A stretch of 64,000 bases of DNA from Parcubacteria group bacterium (GCA_943356745.1 CALRFT010000001.1:139984-203983), one strand, 5' to 3'; positions 46,488 through 56,308 are shown, counted from the first letter of the stretch. Program-made: numbers and translations. The notes: generated by a model from the letters alone, not told the origin.

Positions 46488-49400
46488 ATGAAAAAAGAAT
46501 TTGTCCATCTCCATACACACTCTCACTATTCTCTCCTTGAGGCTCTTCCAAAACTTAAAGCTTTGGCACAAAAAGCAAAAGAATATGGATCTGGTGCACT
46601 TGCAATCACAGACTACGGAAACCTTTACAATGCAATTGATCTCTATAAAACTTGTGAAAAATATGAAATAAAACCAATCGTTGGAATGGAGGCTTTTCTA
46701 GCATCTCAAGATCACACAAAACCAGATGATTCACTTGATAACAGAACATTTCATCTCGTACTTTTAGCGAAAAATGAACATGGGTATAAAAATATTATTC
46801 ACTTTGCAACAATTGGAAATACCGAGGGTGTTTCGTATCGTCCACGGATAGACAAGAAGGTTTTGTTTTCACGATCTTCAGATATTTTTGTTCTTGCTGG
46901 TACACAGTTTAGTGAACTTGCTCATCTTGTTGAACAAAATAAAATTGAAGACGCAAAAAAATGGATAGAAGAATATAAACAAGTTTTTGGTGAAAATTTA
47001 TATCTTGCAATTACTCACCATCCTGAAGATGAGCATGACACTATGCGGAGAGAAACCTTGGTGCAACTTGGAAAAGAAACAGATACTCCAATAGTTGCAA
47101 CATACAATACTCACTACATAGACAAGCGTGACAAAGATATTCATCAGACACTTCTTGATATTTCTTCAAAACACGAAAAGGAACGTACTCAAATCAATTT
47201 CAAAAAAGGAGACTATTCATATAAAAGTCCAGAAGAAGCTTGGGAAGATTTCAAATATTATCCAGAAGCACTTGAAAACACTCTTAAGATTCGAGATGCT
47301 TGTAATCTAGAACTTGAATTGGGAAATTGGACCTTCCCTCTTTTTGAAATTGAAGGAAATGTTTCTGCAGATGACAAACTTCGGGAAATCACTTACCTTG
47401 GTCTTGAGAAAAAAGGGATTGAAAAAACTGCCGAGGTTGAAAAACGAATCGAGTATGAACTTGAAGTTATTAAACTGAAGGGTTTCTCTATCTATCTTTT
47501 GATCGTGGGGGACCTTTTGAAATATGCGAGAGAAAATAATATCGTTACAACAATCCGAGGTTCTGTTGCAGGATCTTTGGTTACCTATTTGATTGGTATT
47601 ACCAATGTAAACCCTCTCGACTACAAACTTCCCTTTGAACGATTCTTGAACCCAGAACGTCCATCCGCACCAGATATCGACATGGACTACGCAGATAACA
47701 GACGAGACGAAATGCTTGATTATGCGAGAGCAAAATACGGAACAGAAAAAGTTGCTCAAATTGGTACCTTTGGAACCATGGCAGCTCGTGGTTCCGTGAA
47801 AGATGTTGCTCGAGCTCTTGGATATCCATATTCTGTTGGAGATAAGATTTCAAAAATGATCCCAATGGGATCACAGGGTTTTCCAATGACAATCAATCGA
47901 GCCTTGGAAATGATTCCAGAACTAAGCGAAGCCTATGAAAACGAACGAGACGTTCGAGAAATTCTTGACTACGCGAGAGGGATTGAAGGAAACGTAAGAC
48001 ACATCTCTGTTCACGCCGCCGGAGTGGTTATTTCACCTGGACTTCTGGAAGAATTCGTACCAACTCAAAAAGATCCAAAAGGTGGAAAAATAATTACTCA
48101 GTATGACATGCGTGGAGTTGAAGATGCAGGACTTATTAAGTTCGACTTTCTTGGAATTCGAAACTTGGCAATTTTGGGAGATGCTGTTGATCTTGTACAA
48201 AAACTTCAAGGGAAAGATATTGATATTGAAAACATTCCTCTCGATGACCCAAAAACATTTAAACTTCTCGCTGAAGGAAAAACCATTGGTTTGTTCCAGC
48301 TCAATGGTTCAGGAATGACGAAATGGCTCAAGGAACTTCGCCCCACAACAATACATGATATCAATGCGATGGTGGCGCTGTATCGTCCAGGACCGATGGA
48401 AATGATTCCTGAGTACATTAAAAGAAAATATAATCCGTCAATGGTGAGTTATCTTGATGACCGAATGAAAAGTATTCTTGATCAATCTTTTGGAGTTATC
48501 ACCTACCAAGATGACGTGATGATGATTGCGATTGAACTCGCAGGATATTCTTGGCTTGAGGCAGACAAACTTCGAAAAGCGATGGGAAAGAAAATTCCAG
48601 AGCTCATGGAAGAACAAAAACAAAAACTATTCAAAGGACTTCAAGAACACGGAATGACAGATGCAAAAATTCGAGAACTATGGGCTCTCATCGAACCTTT
48701 TGCCGCCTATGGTTTCAACAAAGCCCACGCCGCAAGTTATGGACGAGTAGCGTATCAAACTGCCTTCATGAAGGCAAACTATCCTGTTGAATATATGACA
48801 GCGATTCTTACCGCTGAATCTGGAGATATTGAAAAAATTGCCGAAATTATTCGTGAATGTGAGAACATGGATATTCAAGTTCTTCCACCAAATATCAATG
48901 AAAGCTTCGGAGGATTTACCATTGTTGGAGAACTTGGAAATAGATCAATATTGTTCGGACTCTACACAATTAAAAATCTTGGAGGTGATATATCAGACGC
49001 TATTATTGAAGAAAGAAAACGTGGTGGAAAATATACTTCTCTTGAAAACTTTATTGAACGTGTCAACCATAAAGGAATGACAAAAAAAGCAATCGAATCA
49101 CTCACGAAGTCTGGTGCACTTGATTGTCTTTCTGTAGACCGAGCAACCATTCTTAAAAATATGGAATCTCTTTTGGATCACAATAGACAAATCCATCAAA
49201 AAAACGCGAATCAGAATTCTCTTTTTGCAGATTTGGGAGAAACACCAAACTTTCATCTTATCCCTGGTGACCCACTTCCACTTCGAGAAAAACTAGCGTG
49301 GGAAAAAGAACTACTCGGAGTATACGTATCTGGTCACCCGCTTGATGTCTACAGAGAAAAAATTCAAGAAAAAGGAGTAACTATTTTTAAAATTCTAGAA

Positions 49401-49661
49401 CAAGGAATTGATAAAAAAGATATTGTTTTAGCGTGTCACATTGATGATGTTCGTATGATTATCACAAAAAAGAATCAGCAAATGGCTTTTGTAAAAGTAA
49501 GTGATCATACTGGAGTTATGGAAACTGTTATTTTCCCAGATCTCTATAAAGAATCTCGAGCTTTCCTCACAGCAGATAATCTTGTTGTTGTGAGAGGTAA
49601 AATTTCAATCAGAAATGGAGAAAAAAGTATTATTGTGGATAAATTGAAAGAACTCAAATAA
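46488..49661 (+). CDS. dnaE: DNA polymerase III alpha subunit (short form, 1057 aa)
   Basis: PHP domain (HLHTHSHYSLLEA), palm/fingers motifs (GRGSVAGSLVTYLIGITNVNP; PDIDMDY) and an OB domain at the C-terminus. TATAAT lies 10 nt upstream of the ATG and there is no SD. Confidence 0.9.
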   Translation: MKKEFVHLHTHSHYSLLEALPKLKALAQKAKEYGSGALAITDYGNLYNAIDLYKTCEKYEIKPIVGMEAFLASQDHTKPDDSLDNRTFHLVLLAKNEHGYKNIIHFATIGNTEGVSYRPRIDKKVLFSRSSDIFVLAGTQFSELAHLVEQNKIEDAKKWIEEYKQVFGENLYLAITHHPEDEHDTMRRETLVQLGKETDTPIVATYNTHYIDKRDKDIHQTLLDISSKHEKERTQINFKKGDYSYKSPEEAWEDFKYYPEALENTLKIRDACNLELELGNWTFPLFEIEGNVSADDKLREITYLGLEKKGIEKTAEVEKRIEYELEVIKLKGFSIYLLIVGDLLKYARENNIVTTIRGSVAGSLVTYLIGITNVNPLDYKLPFERFLNPERPSAPDIDMDYADNRRDEMLDYARAKYGTEKVAQIGTFGTMAARGSVKDVARALGYPYSVGDKISKMIPMGSQGFPMTINRALEMIPELSEAYENERDVREILDYARGIEGNVRHISVHAAGVVISPGLLEEFVPTQKDPKGGKIITQYDMRGVEDAGLIKFDFLGIRNLAILGDAVDLVQKLQGKDIDIENIPLDDPKTFKLLAEGKTIGLFQLNGSGMTKWLKELRPTTIHDINAMVALYRPGPMEMIPEYIKRKYNPSMVSYLDDRMKSILDQSFGVITYQDDVMMIAIELAGYSWLEADKLRKAMGKKIPELMEEQKQKLFKGLQEHGMTDAKIRELWALIEPFAAYGFNKAHAASYGRVAYQTAFMKANYPVEYMTAILTAESGDIEKIAEIIRECENMDIQVLPPNINESFGGFTIVGELGNRSILFGLYTIKNLGGDISDAIIEERKRGGKYTSLENFIERVNHKGMTKKAIESLTKSGALDCLSVDRATILKNMESLLDHNRQIHQKNANQNSLFADLGETPNFHLIPGDPLPLREKLAWEKELLGVYVSGHPLDVYREKIQEKGVTIFKILEQGIDKKDIVLACHIDDVRMIITKKNQQMAFVKVSDHTGVMETVIFPDLYKESRAFLTADNLVVVRGKISIRNGEKSIIVDKLKELK

Positions 49662-49690
49662 TTGTGTACAATAAAGAAAAATAAGTTCCC

Positions 49691-50041
49691 ATGACAGTAA
49701 GCACTATTAATGTAAGATTAGATTTTGCTTCTGACCCAAAGTACAAAACAGCAAAATCAATTTTAGAAAATCGTTTTTCAGATTTTCCTAAGACACTTGA
49801 TTTCGATATCATTGCAAATCTTTCAAAACAAGTAGTATATGAACTCGCTACTGACACTGATTTTTGTGATGACAAACATCAAGCATCTTTGTTTGCTCTA
49901 GAATGGTTATTTCAAGAAATATACCAGAGAAATGTACCACTTGAAAAAAATCAATTTCTACTTTTGTGTGGAGATTCAATTATTCCACTCGACATGGAGA
50001 AAGAAGAAATCAGTCAAGAAATTTGGTACAAAAAGATATAA
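49691..50041 (+). CDS. Hypothetical protein
   Basis: 116-aa ORF directly after dnaE, followed by two terminators (50042..50072; 50083..50112). Confidence 0.35.
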   Translation: MTVSTINVRLDFASDPKYKTAKSILENRFSDFPKTLDFDIIANLSKQVVYELATDTDFCDDKHQASLFALEWLFQEIYQRNVPLEKNQFLLLCGDSIIPLDMEKEEISQEIWYKKI

Positions 50042-50116
50042 AAGCCAGACAGTGTTCTGGCTTTTATTATTCTCAAAGAAAAAACCAGCACTTCGTGCTG
50101 GTTTTTTCTTTGAGAA

Positions 50117-50689
50117 TTAAATCTCATATGTTCGCATAATATCCATAATATCCATCACTTCGTATGCATATTCTGCAACAATTGATGGTGGGTTATACGT
50201 TTGTAGAATTGCTTTTGTAGATTTTCCGGTATAGTAACTCGAAGTTTTCGGGTTATTACCACCAAGATTCCACGACACAATTTCAATCGCCTCTTCTGGA
50301 GAATTAAAGTTTATTTTACAACTTCCCCATCCAAGGAAGGAGTGAGTTACGCTTTTACAAGCATGACGTCCTCCTGTTGATTCTCGAACTGAAATTGCCG
50401 CAACAAGAAATGGGTCCAGATTATTCTTACGAGCTTCTCGTACGAAAACCTCTCCGTATCCCTCAAGTGGCATATTTCGATCTTTAAAATATGCGTCAAT
50501 CTTTTTTGCTTCATCTGACACCAAGAGGTCTGAAGAAATTTCCTCTCCCATAATTGATGACGAAGACAAAGAATTTGTAACCTCTGCCACATTTGGGTTA
50601 ATACCCGCAATACTTGAAACAAGTAGTGGAAGCGCCACAAAAGAATGAAGTGTATTTTGTATGAATCCTTTTTGTTTTTTGCTATACAT
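50117..50689 (-). CDS. Secreted lysozyme-like / lytic transglycosylase-like peptidoglycan hydrolase (tentative)
   Basis: Signal peptide. NNLDPFLVAAISVRESTGGRHA resembles the lysozyme-like superfamily catalytic region. Confidence 0.45.
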   Translation of the reverse strand: MYSKKQKGFIQNTLHSFVALPLLVSSIAGINPNVAEVTNSLSSSSIMGEEISSDLLVSDEAKKIDAYFKDRNMPLEGYGEVFVREARKNNLDPFLVAAISVRESTGGRHACKSVTHSFLGWGSCKINFNSPEEAIEIVSWNLGGNNPKTSSYYTGKSTKAILQTYNPPSIVAEYAYEVMDIMDIMRTYEI

Positions 50690-50866
50690 AAACGAGGGTT
50701 TCGCTCCCTCAACTCAACATCTGTCCGTTTTCCCGTAGGGAAAACCACCCACAAACGCCTTACGGCGTCTTGTAAAAACATAGTTAGATATGTTCTTCGT
50801 AAGACACCATAAATGTAATGAACCAAATAAAAAAGGCCCCTCGCGGGGGTCTTTTAAGACTCCCTG

Positions 50867-50896
50867 AGTATAGCAAAGGACCCTAAAAACTGTCAA
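50867..50896 (-). promoter_or_regulatory. Sigma-70-like promoter (TTGACA-N18-TATACT) facing the lysozyme-like gene; a terminator-like hairpin lies immediately downstream
   Basis: Minus strand: -35 TTGACA at 50896..50891 and -10 TATACT at 50872..50867. The GACCCCCGCGAGGGGCC+U6 hairpin is at 50831..50857. Confidence 0.3.
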
Positions 50897-51097
50897 TACA
50901 CCCAGAAACGAGCCAGAAAATATACCTGAAAGATATTGTTTTATAAGGTTTTTTAGTCTTTTGTATATAAAAAAGTCCCGAAAAAATGATTGAGTATGGT
51001 CAAAAAAACTAAAAAGCCTTATTTATAAGGCTTTTTATAAAGTTCTAGAAAAAAAAGTATTCTTCATAATCCCACAAATTTGACATTGAGACAATAA

Positions 51098-51130
51098 AAA
51101 TAAGGCTTGTAAAAAGCCTTATTTTTATTG
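51098..51130 (-). terminator. Intrinsic terminator after secA (first of three palindromic hairpins 50831-51130)
   Basis: ATAAGGCTT-gtaaa-AAGCCTTAT with flanking T-runs. A similar AAAAAGCCTTAT-tta-TAAGGCTTTTT is at 51012..51045. Confidence 0.6.
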
Positions 51131-51131
51131 C

Positions 51132-53609
51132 TTATTCTGCTATAGTCCAACCATCTTTGAGATATTCGTCAATTTTCTTGAATTTTACTTCAATTCGTTC
51201 ACTTCCTCGAACCAAGGTAATTTTGTCATTTCTGTCATATTTTTTAGAAATATTTTGACTTATTACCACAGGATCTGGTTGAGGTACTTGCTGCTGCTCT
51301 GCAACATGGATAGTTTTTAGGAATTCAATAATCTGATTCTTAGTCATTTCTTCCATTCTTTGGAACATTACAAGTCCTTCTCGTTTGTATTCAATAATCG
51401 GATCACGCTGTCCATAAGAACGAAGCCCCACTGAGTTTCGAAGATATGACATAGATTCCAAATGTTCAACCCAGAGAATATCTGTAGAATGGAGCACTAT
51501 TCTTCGAACTATCATCCAGAATTGATTTTCTCCAACAAGAGCAGTTTTCTCTTGAATAATTCCATCAATAAGTTCTTTTGGAAAATTCTCAAGAAGATAT
51601 TGCTTTACCTCATCATCACTTGCGAGAAGCATTTTTCTTCGTCTTGCATATACCGCATTTCTTTGAGTATTTAAAACGTTATCGTACTCAAGAGTTGATT
51701 TTCTACCGTCAAACTGAAATCCTTCGACTTTCTTTTGCGCACTTTCAATTGATTTTGAAACAATACCGCTTGAAATAGGTTCGTCTTCTGGAAGTTTAAG
51801 AGTTGTAACAAGAGACTTGAGTCTGTCTCCTCCAAAAATTCTTGCAAGTTCATCATCAAGAGATATAAAGAATTGGGTTTTTCCTGGATCTCCTTGTCGT
51901 CCCGCTCGACCTCGAAGCTGATTATCAATTCTTCGAGAATCATGTCGCTCAGTTCCAAGAACAAACAAACCTCCAAGTTTTCGAACTTCTTCTGCTTGTT
52001 CTTTTGTTGAAGGTTCCCCTCCAAGTTTAATATCGATTCCTCGACCGGCCATGTTTGTTGCGATTGTAACCGCACCGAGTCGCCCAGCCTGTGCAATAAT
52101 CTGACCTTCTTGTTCATGCTTTTTAGCGTTCAATACTTCGTGCTTGATTCCAAGTCCTCGAAGATATTCAGACAAGAGTTCGTTTTGCTCAATTGAAATT
52201 GTACCAACCAAGATAGGCTGTCCTGTTTTGTTTACTTCTTGGATAGTTTTTGCAATCGCTTTAAATTTAGCCTGCTTATTAAAGAAGATAAGATCCTCAA
52301 GATCAATTCGTTCAATTTTTTTATTTGTAGGAATTGTAATCACAGGGAGATTGTATACAGCAAGAAACTCTTCTTTTGAGGTTTCAGCTGTTCCGGTCAT
52401 TCCCGAAAGTTTTTTGTAGAACCTGAAATAGTTTTGATATGTAATTGAAGCAGAAGTTTTACTTTCTCTTTTGATTTGAACTCCTTCCTTTGCCTCGAGT
52501 GCTTGGTGAAGCCCCATACTAAACCGTCGCCCTGGCATCATACGCCCTGTTGATTGGTCAACGATCACAATCTCTCCATCTTTTACAACATATTCTTTGT
52601 CTTTAATAAAAATTGCTTCTGCTCGAACAGCAGTTTCAAGATGGTGAACATACTTCATTCCCTTTTCAGTATAAATATTTGTAATACCTAGAAGCTTTTC
52701 TGCTTTTTCTATTCCAGAATCTGTAAGTGTAATCGCACGAAGTTTTTCATCAACTCCATAGTCTTGCTCTCTGGTAAGTTGTTTTGCAATTTTTGCAAAA
52801 GTTGTATAAAGCTCACCTGATTCTTCGCCAGGCATTGAGATGATAAGTGGAGTTCTTGCCTCATCAATCAAAATAGAATCTATTTCATCAACTACAGCAA
52901 AAGCATGTTTTCTTTGACTAAGCTGTTCTTTACTTGTTACCAAGTTATCACGAAGATAATCAAAACCAAACTCATTATTTGTTCCATACGTAATATCTGC
53001 TTCGTATGCCTGCTTTCTTGTGCAAGGACGAAGGTAATCATACTCAACTTTAAATGAGCCAAGAGAATCACGTTCTTTGTCATCTTCTCGAGTAGCAAGA
53101 GATTCATCATATATGTATGAAGTATTTTCTTGATTGATTACAGAGATTGAAAGTCCGAGAAAATTATAAATTTGTCCCATCCACACAGCGTCACGTCTTG
53201 CGAGATAGTCGTTCACAGTAATAACATGTACGCCTTCTCCAGTTAATGCATTGAGATATGCAGCGAGAGTTCCCACAAGAGTTTTTCCTTCTCCTGTTCG
53301 CATTTCAGCAATAGCACCAGAATGAAGAGCCATACCTCCAATAAGCTGAACGTCATAGTGTCTCATTCCAAGTGTTCTTTTTGAAGCCTCTCGAACTACA
53401 GCAAAAGACTCCGCAAGAATATCATCAAGTGTTTTACCTTCTTGAAGTTTTTCTTTGAAATAGACTGTTTTTGCTTTGAGTTCTTCATTTGAAAGTTGAC
53501 TCATTACAGCTTCAAAATTATTGATTTCCTGGATCTTATTTTGAGCTTTTTTGATAAAAGAGGTACTCTCATCACCAAAAAGCTTCTTGAATTTGCCTAA
53601 TATTGACAT
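51132..53609 (-). CDS. secA: Preprotein translocase ATPase SecA
   Basis: Start at MSILGKFKKLFGD. Walker A region (MRTGEGKTLVGTLAAYLNAL) and DEVDSILIDEARTPLIIS. Confidence 0.9.
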   Translation of the reverse strand: MSILGKFKKLFGDESTSFIKKAQNKIQEINNFEAVMSQLSNEELKAKTVYFKEKLQEGKTLDDILAESFAVVREASKRTLGMRHYDVQLIGGMALHSGAIAEMRTGEGKTLVGTLAAYLNALTGEGVHVITVNDYLARRDAVWMGQIYNFLGLSISVINQENTSYIYDESLATREDDKERDSLGSFKVEYDYLRPCTRKQAYEADITYGTNNEFGFDYLRDNLVTSKEQLSQRKHAFAVVDEIDSILIDEARTPLIISMPGEESGELYTTFAKIAKQLTREQDYGVDEKLRAITLTDSGIEKAEKLLGITNIYTEKGMKYVHHLETAVRAEAIFIKDKEYVVKDGEIVIVDQSTGRMMPGRRFSMGLHQALEAKEGVQIKRESKTSASITYQNYFRFYKKLSGMTGTAETSKEEFLAVYNLPVITIPTNKKIERIDLEDLIFFNKQAKFKAIAKTIQEVNKTGQPILVGTISIEQNELLSEYLRGLGIKHEVLNAKKHEQEGQIIAQAGRLGAVTIATNMAGRGIDIKLGGEPSTKEQAEEVRKLGGLFVLGTERHDSRRIDNQLRGRAGRQGDPGKTQFFISLDDELARIFGGDRLKSLVTTLKLPEDEPISSGIVSKSIESAQKKVEGFQFDGRKSTLEYDNVLNTQRNAVYARRRKMLLASDDEVKQYLLENFPKELIDGIIQEKTALVGENQFWMIVRRIVLHSTDILWVEHLESMSYLRNSVGLRSYGQRDPIIEYKREGLVMFQRMEEMTKNQIIEFLKTIHVAEQQQVPQPDPVVISQNISKKYDRNDKITLVRGSERIEVKFKKIDEYLKDGWTIAE

Positions 53610-53719
53610 GACAGTATAGTACCATATTGAGACCCAAGAAAAAACCCTATACAAAAAACAAAAAAGTCCTCGAAAGGACTTTTTTGTTAGGTAGGTAGAT
53701 ACATAATAACGAAGCGAAA

Positions 53720-53854
53720 TTATCGTCGTCGTCGTGATGTTTTCTTAGCTGCTTTCTTTACAACTTTTTTAGTTGCTTTTTTAGCTGCTTTCTTTACAAC
53801 TTTCTTTGCTGCTTTCTTTGCAACTTTTTTAGCTGTTTTCTTTTTTGCTGCCAT
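53720..53854 (-). CDS. Small lysine/alanine-repeat basic protein (44 aa, histone H1-like AKK repeats), not in ORF track
   Basis: Translation is MAAKKKTAKKVAKKAAKKVVKKAAKKATKKVVKKAAKKTSRRRR. The underlying DNA repeat is GCTGCTTTCTTTACAACTTT-like. Confidence 0.4.
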   Translation of the reverse strand: MAAKKKTAKKVAKKAAKKVVKKAAKKATKKVVKKAAKKTSRRRR

Positions 53855-54060
53855 CGTAGTTTAAATATCTATCTATTAAAATAACACTTCGACCATACAT
53901 GCATGTATTTTTGTAAAGTGTTATACATGTACGTAAATAATTATAGCGTATTTAAAAAATAAAAAAGTTTTTTTTATTTATTTTGTGGATAACTATTCTA
54001 CTTTTTTGGCGAATTACATTCTCCTTGCAAAGCGAAAACTTTTTGTGTAATGTATCAATC

Positions 54061-54339
54061 ATGAAAGATACACGAGTGATTGAACAAATGGAATATGTTT
54101 TTAAAATACTTGCAAACAATCACAGACTTGCAATCATTAAACTTCTTAAAAAAGAAACTGATTTATCTGTGTGGTATATAACAAACAAAATTGGAAGTAA
54201 TGTGAAAGCAACATCAAAACATTTGCGAATACTTTTAGATGCGGGAATTATTGAACGTGATCAACATTTAAATGAAGCAGTATATTTTCTTTCAAGAAAA
54301 AATTCTCGTATGCTTCGATATATTATTAAGCAATTGTAA
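54061..54339 (+). CDS. ArsR-family transcriptional regulator
   Basis: HTH region (ILANNHRLAIIKLLKKETDLSVWYITNKIGSNVKATSKHLRILLDAGII). Start chosen at MKDTRV. Terminator at 54340..54382. Confidence 0.55.
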   Translation: MKDTRVIEQMEYVFKILANNHRLAIIKLLKKETDLSVWYITNKIGSNVKATSKHLRILLDAGIIERDQHLNEAVYFLSRKNSRMLRYIIKQL

Positions 54340-54587
54340 AAATAAAAAGAGATTCGCAAAGCGAATCTCTTTTTATTTTTCTTCTCTTCAATCAACGCGA
54401 ACGGGAGCAAAACTCCAACAAAATAAATGTGAGTGCTGCCGTTCGCTGTGATTAAAGACAAGTATATGTATATTGTATGCAAATATTCTTGAATAGCAAA
54501 TAGAATAATCCACAAACAGAAAAGACCTCCACGCGAGAGGTCTTTTCATGTTATTTTGTTGGGAGTCTTTTAACTCACATTTTTATA

Positions 54588-54616
54588 GTATCAGGTTTGA
54601 CTTTTAGTGTCAAGTT
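54588..54616 (+). promoter_or_regulatory. Candidate promoter of RNase P RNA (TTGACT-N17-TATTGT)
   Basis: -35 at 54588..54593 and -10 at 54611..54616. The predicted RNA 5' end at 54623 lies about 7 nt downstream. Confidence 0.35.
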
Positions 54617-54622
54617 TTGTAT

Positions 54623-54927
54623 TGTATACAAGCATCGGATAGTTACCCTTCGGGGAGGAAAGTCCGGACACACCCTGTTTTTGCAGGAGAATGGTAGCGG
54701 GTAACGCCCGTCCAAGAATGTTTGAGAGGTGCGAGCAGTGACGATGGATCCGAAAGGTGAAGACATCCCCTGTGGATGAATTCTATGGCGACATAGAAGT
54801 GAAACGGCCAAATCCTTACCTGTGTGCAAGTCCGTGCCCAGCTTGTCTGGGAGTGACGCAGAGAATTGTTTGGTAACAAACAATCAAGATAAATGACTGT
54901 CTATTACAGAATCCGGCTTATAGATGC
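54623..54927 (+). ncRNA. rnpB: RNase P RNA (bacterial type A, compact at about 305 nt)
   Basis: P1 pairing GCATC...GATGC. Conserved GGAAAGTCCGGAC (P4 5' strand), GGGTAACGCCCG, AGTGAAACGGCC and ACAGAATCCGGCTTATAG (P4 3' strand). Terminator at 54941..54965. Confidence 0.8.
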
Positions 54928-55027
54928 AACAACATATGAAAAAACCGCCTCAAAGCGGTTTTTTCTTTTTGTTTTTATATTGACTAATTTAAAATATTAT
55001 AATATTATACAAACAAAATATATACCT

Positions 55028-55174
55028 ATGAATACTATACTTTCTTTATTCGAAGATGCTTTGGCTTTCGTGACAAATCCAGATGCCAGAAAAGTCTCTC
55101 AATTCAAATACCCTTCCGGCCAACCAATGTCTGTTAGGGAAGCAAAAAAACAAGGATTACTAGAAACAAACTAA
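55028..55174 (+). CDS. Small hypothetical protein (48 aa) between two terminators
   Basis: MNTILSLFEDALAFVTNPDARKVSQFKYPSGQPMSVREAKKQGLLETN. Upstream TTGACT...TATTAT. Terminator at 55189..55222. The longer ORF-track version overlaps rnpB. Confidence 0.3.
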   Translation: MNTILSLFEDALAFVTNPDARKVSQFKYPSGQPMSVREAKKQGLLETN

Positions 55175-55395
55175 AATTGTTTCTATGTTAAAAAAACCGC
55201 TTTGGGGCGGTTTTTTCTTTTCCTCGACCCTTGAAGAAAAGACGCAAAGAAAAACACAGACAAACTCTGATAAGAGACTTACGTTCAAGCGAAGCGGTTA
55301 GTAAATCTCCAGAATTTGTCTGTGTTTTTTAGTCTTTTCAAGTGGGTCTTGAGTTTTTGCTACTTTTTTATCAAGAAAAAAGTAGGTAAAAAAAA

Positions 55396-55752
55396 TTATT
55401 TCTTAGACTCAATAAAAGAAACCTTATTACCATCAGGATCATGTAGTGCAAAATATACCCCCCAATTATATTCTTTCAGTTCGTCTTTAAATTCAAGACC
55501 GAGGTTTTTTAACCTTTCAAATTCTTCTTGAATATTTTCTGGTTGTATAAAGATCGTTTGATACCCTGCGATTTCTCGTGTGCCCTCTTTTTCAAGACGA
55601 ATACCTAAATTAACTCTATTTGCAAAGTGAAAAGAAACAAAACGTTCTTCGTCTTGGTAATGAAACTCAAGACCAATTATCTTTTCATAGAAGTCTCTAA
55701 TCCTTTTTATATCTTTTGTATAAAGAATAACGCTTTCTAAATTTAAATTCAT
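55396..55752 (-). CDS. VOC-family (glyoxalase/bleomycin-resistance fold) protein
   Basis: Paired beta-alpha-beta-beta-beta modules (ESVILYTKDIKRIRDFYEKIIGLEF...VYFALHDPDGNKVSFIE). Confidence 0.65.
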   Translation of the reverse strand: MNLNLESVILYTKDIKRIRDFYEKIIGLEFHYQDEERFVSFHFANRVNLGIRLEKEGTREIAGYQTIFIQPENIQEEFERLKNLGLEFKDELKEYNWGVYFALHDPDGNKVSFIESKK

Positions 55753-55763
55753 ATTTTTTAAAA

Positions 55764-56243
55764 TTACAATTCTATATCAACCTTCGTCCCCACAGTAAGC
55801 CCAAGCTCTCTCGCATATCCTGCATTTAGCTCAAGTACATACAGGGCCGGTTTTGGTGGAGTGAAAAGCATTGGATAACTTTCAGGCGCTGCATTTTCTT
55901 TTACAAAAACAACTTCCCCTTCCTCATCAATCCAAACCATATCAATTGAAAAATTCATTTCCTTCATCCAGAAACTATATTGATCTGGTTTCTCAAAAAC
56001 AAAAAGCATTCCTTTTTCTTCTGGTAAATATGTTTTATTTGAAAGTCCTCTTGTTCTTATTCGTGGGTCATCAGCAAGATACACCTCTACTTCTTTTCCA
56101 TATACTGAAATGGTATCTTTTTCATATCGCATATACTCAGAAAACAAATGAAAATCTGTATCTTTTGTAAGAGCAAACAAAAAACCAAATCCAACCAACA
56201 AGAGGAGTACCAGAGAATATATTGTTTTCTTTTTTTGTGTCAT
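55764..56243 (-). CDS. DUF192 domain protein (secreted)
   Basis: LADDPRIRTRGL..LPEEKGMLFVF..FWMKEMNFSIDMVWIDEEGEVV. Start chosen at MTQKKK. Confidence 0.55.
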   Translation of the reverse strand: MTQKKKTIYSLVLLLLVGFGFLFALTKDTDFHLFSEYMRYEKDTISVYGKEVEVYLADDPRIRTRGLSNKTYLPEEKGMLFVFEKPDQYSFWMKEMNFSIDMVWIDEEGEVVFVKENAAPESYPMLFTPPKPALYVLELNAGYARELGLTVGTKVDIEL

Positions 56244-56276
56244 GGGTGTATTGTAGCAAAAATACAAAAAATAAAA

Positions 56277-56308
56277 ACCAGCATATGCTGGTTTTTATTT
56301 TTTTGTCT
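56277..56308. terminator. Bidirectional terminator between 16S region and DUF192 gene
   Basis: AAAAACCAGCATATGCTGGTTTTTATTTTTTT. Confidence 0.65.

Noticed and set aside
50690-50860. Possible SRP RNA, tmRNA or 6S RNA in the long secA to hydrolase intergenic region
   Set aside because: None of the diagnostic motifs is present: no SRP domain IV AGGAAGCAGCC-like sequence and no tmRNA GGGGCUGAUUCUGGAUUCGACGGG / tRNA-like 3' end. It is kept only as a possible cis-regulatory leader.
51012-51130. Pair of related palindromes (AAGCCTTAT/ATAAGGCTT arms) after secA considered as a repeat-element family
   Set aside because: They are short, each with flanking A/T runs, and are adequately explained as tandem bidirectional Rho-independent terminators. 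There is no evidence of mobility from this window alone.
54893-55174. 93-aa ORF-track ORF overlapping the 3' end of RNase P RNA
   Set aside because: Its first 12 codons lie inside rnpB and across the rnpB terminator. Only the downstream 48-aa frame (55028..55174), which has its own promoter-like element, is plausible.
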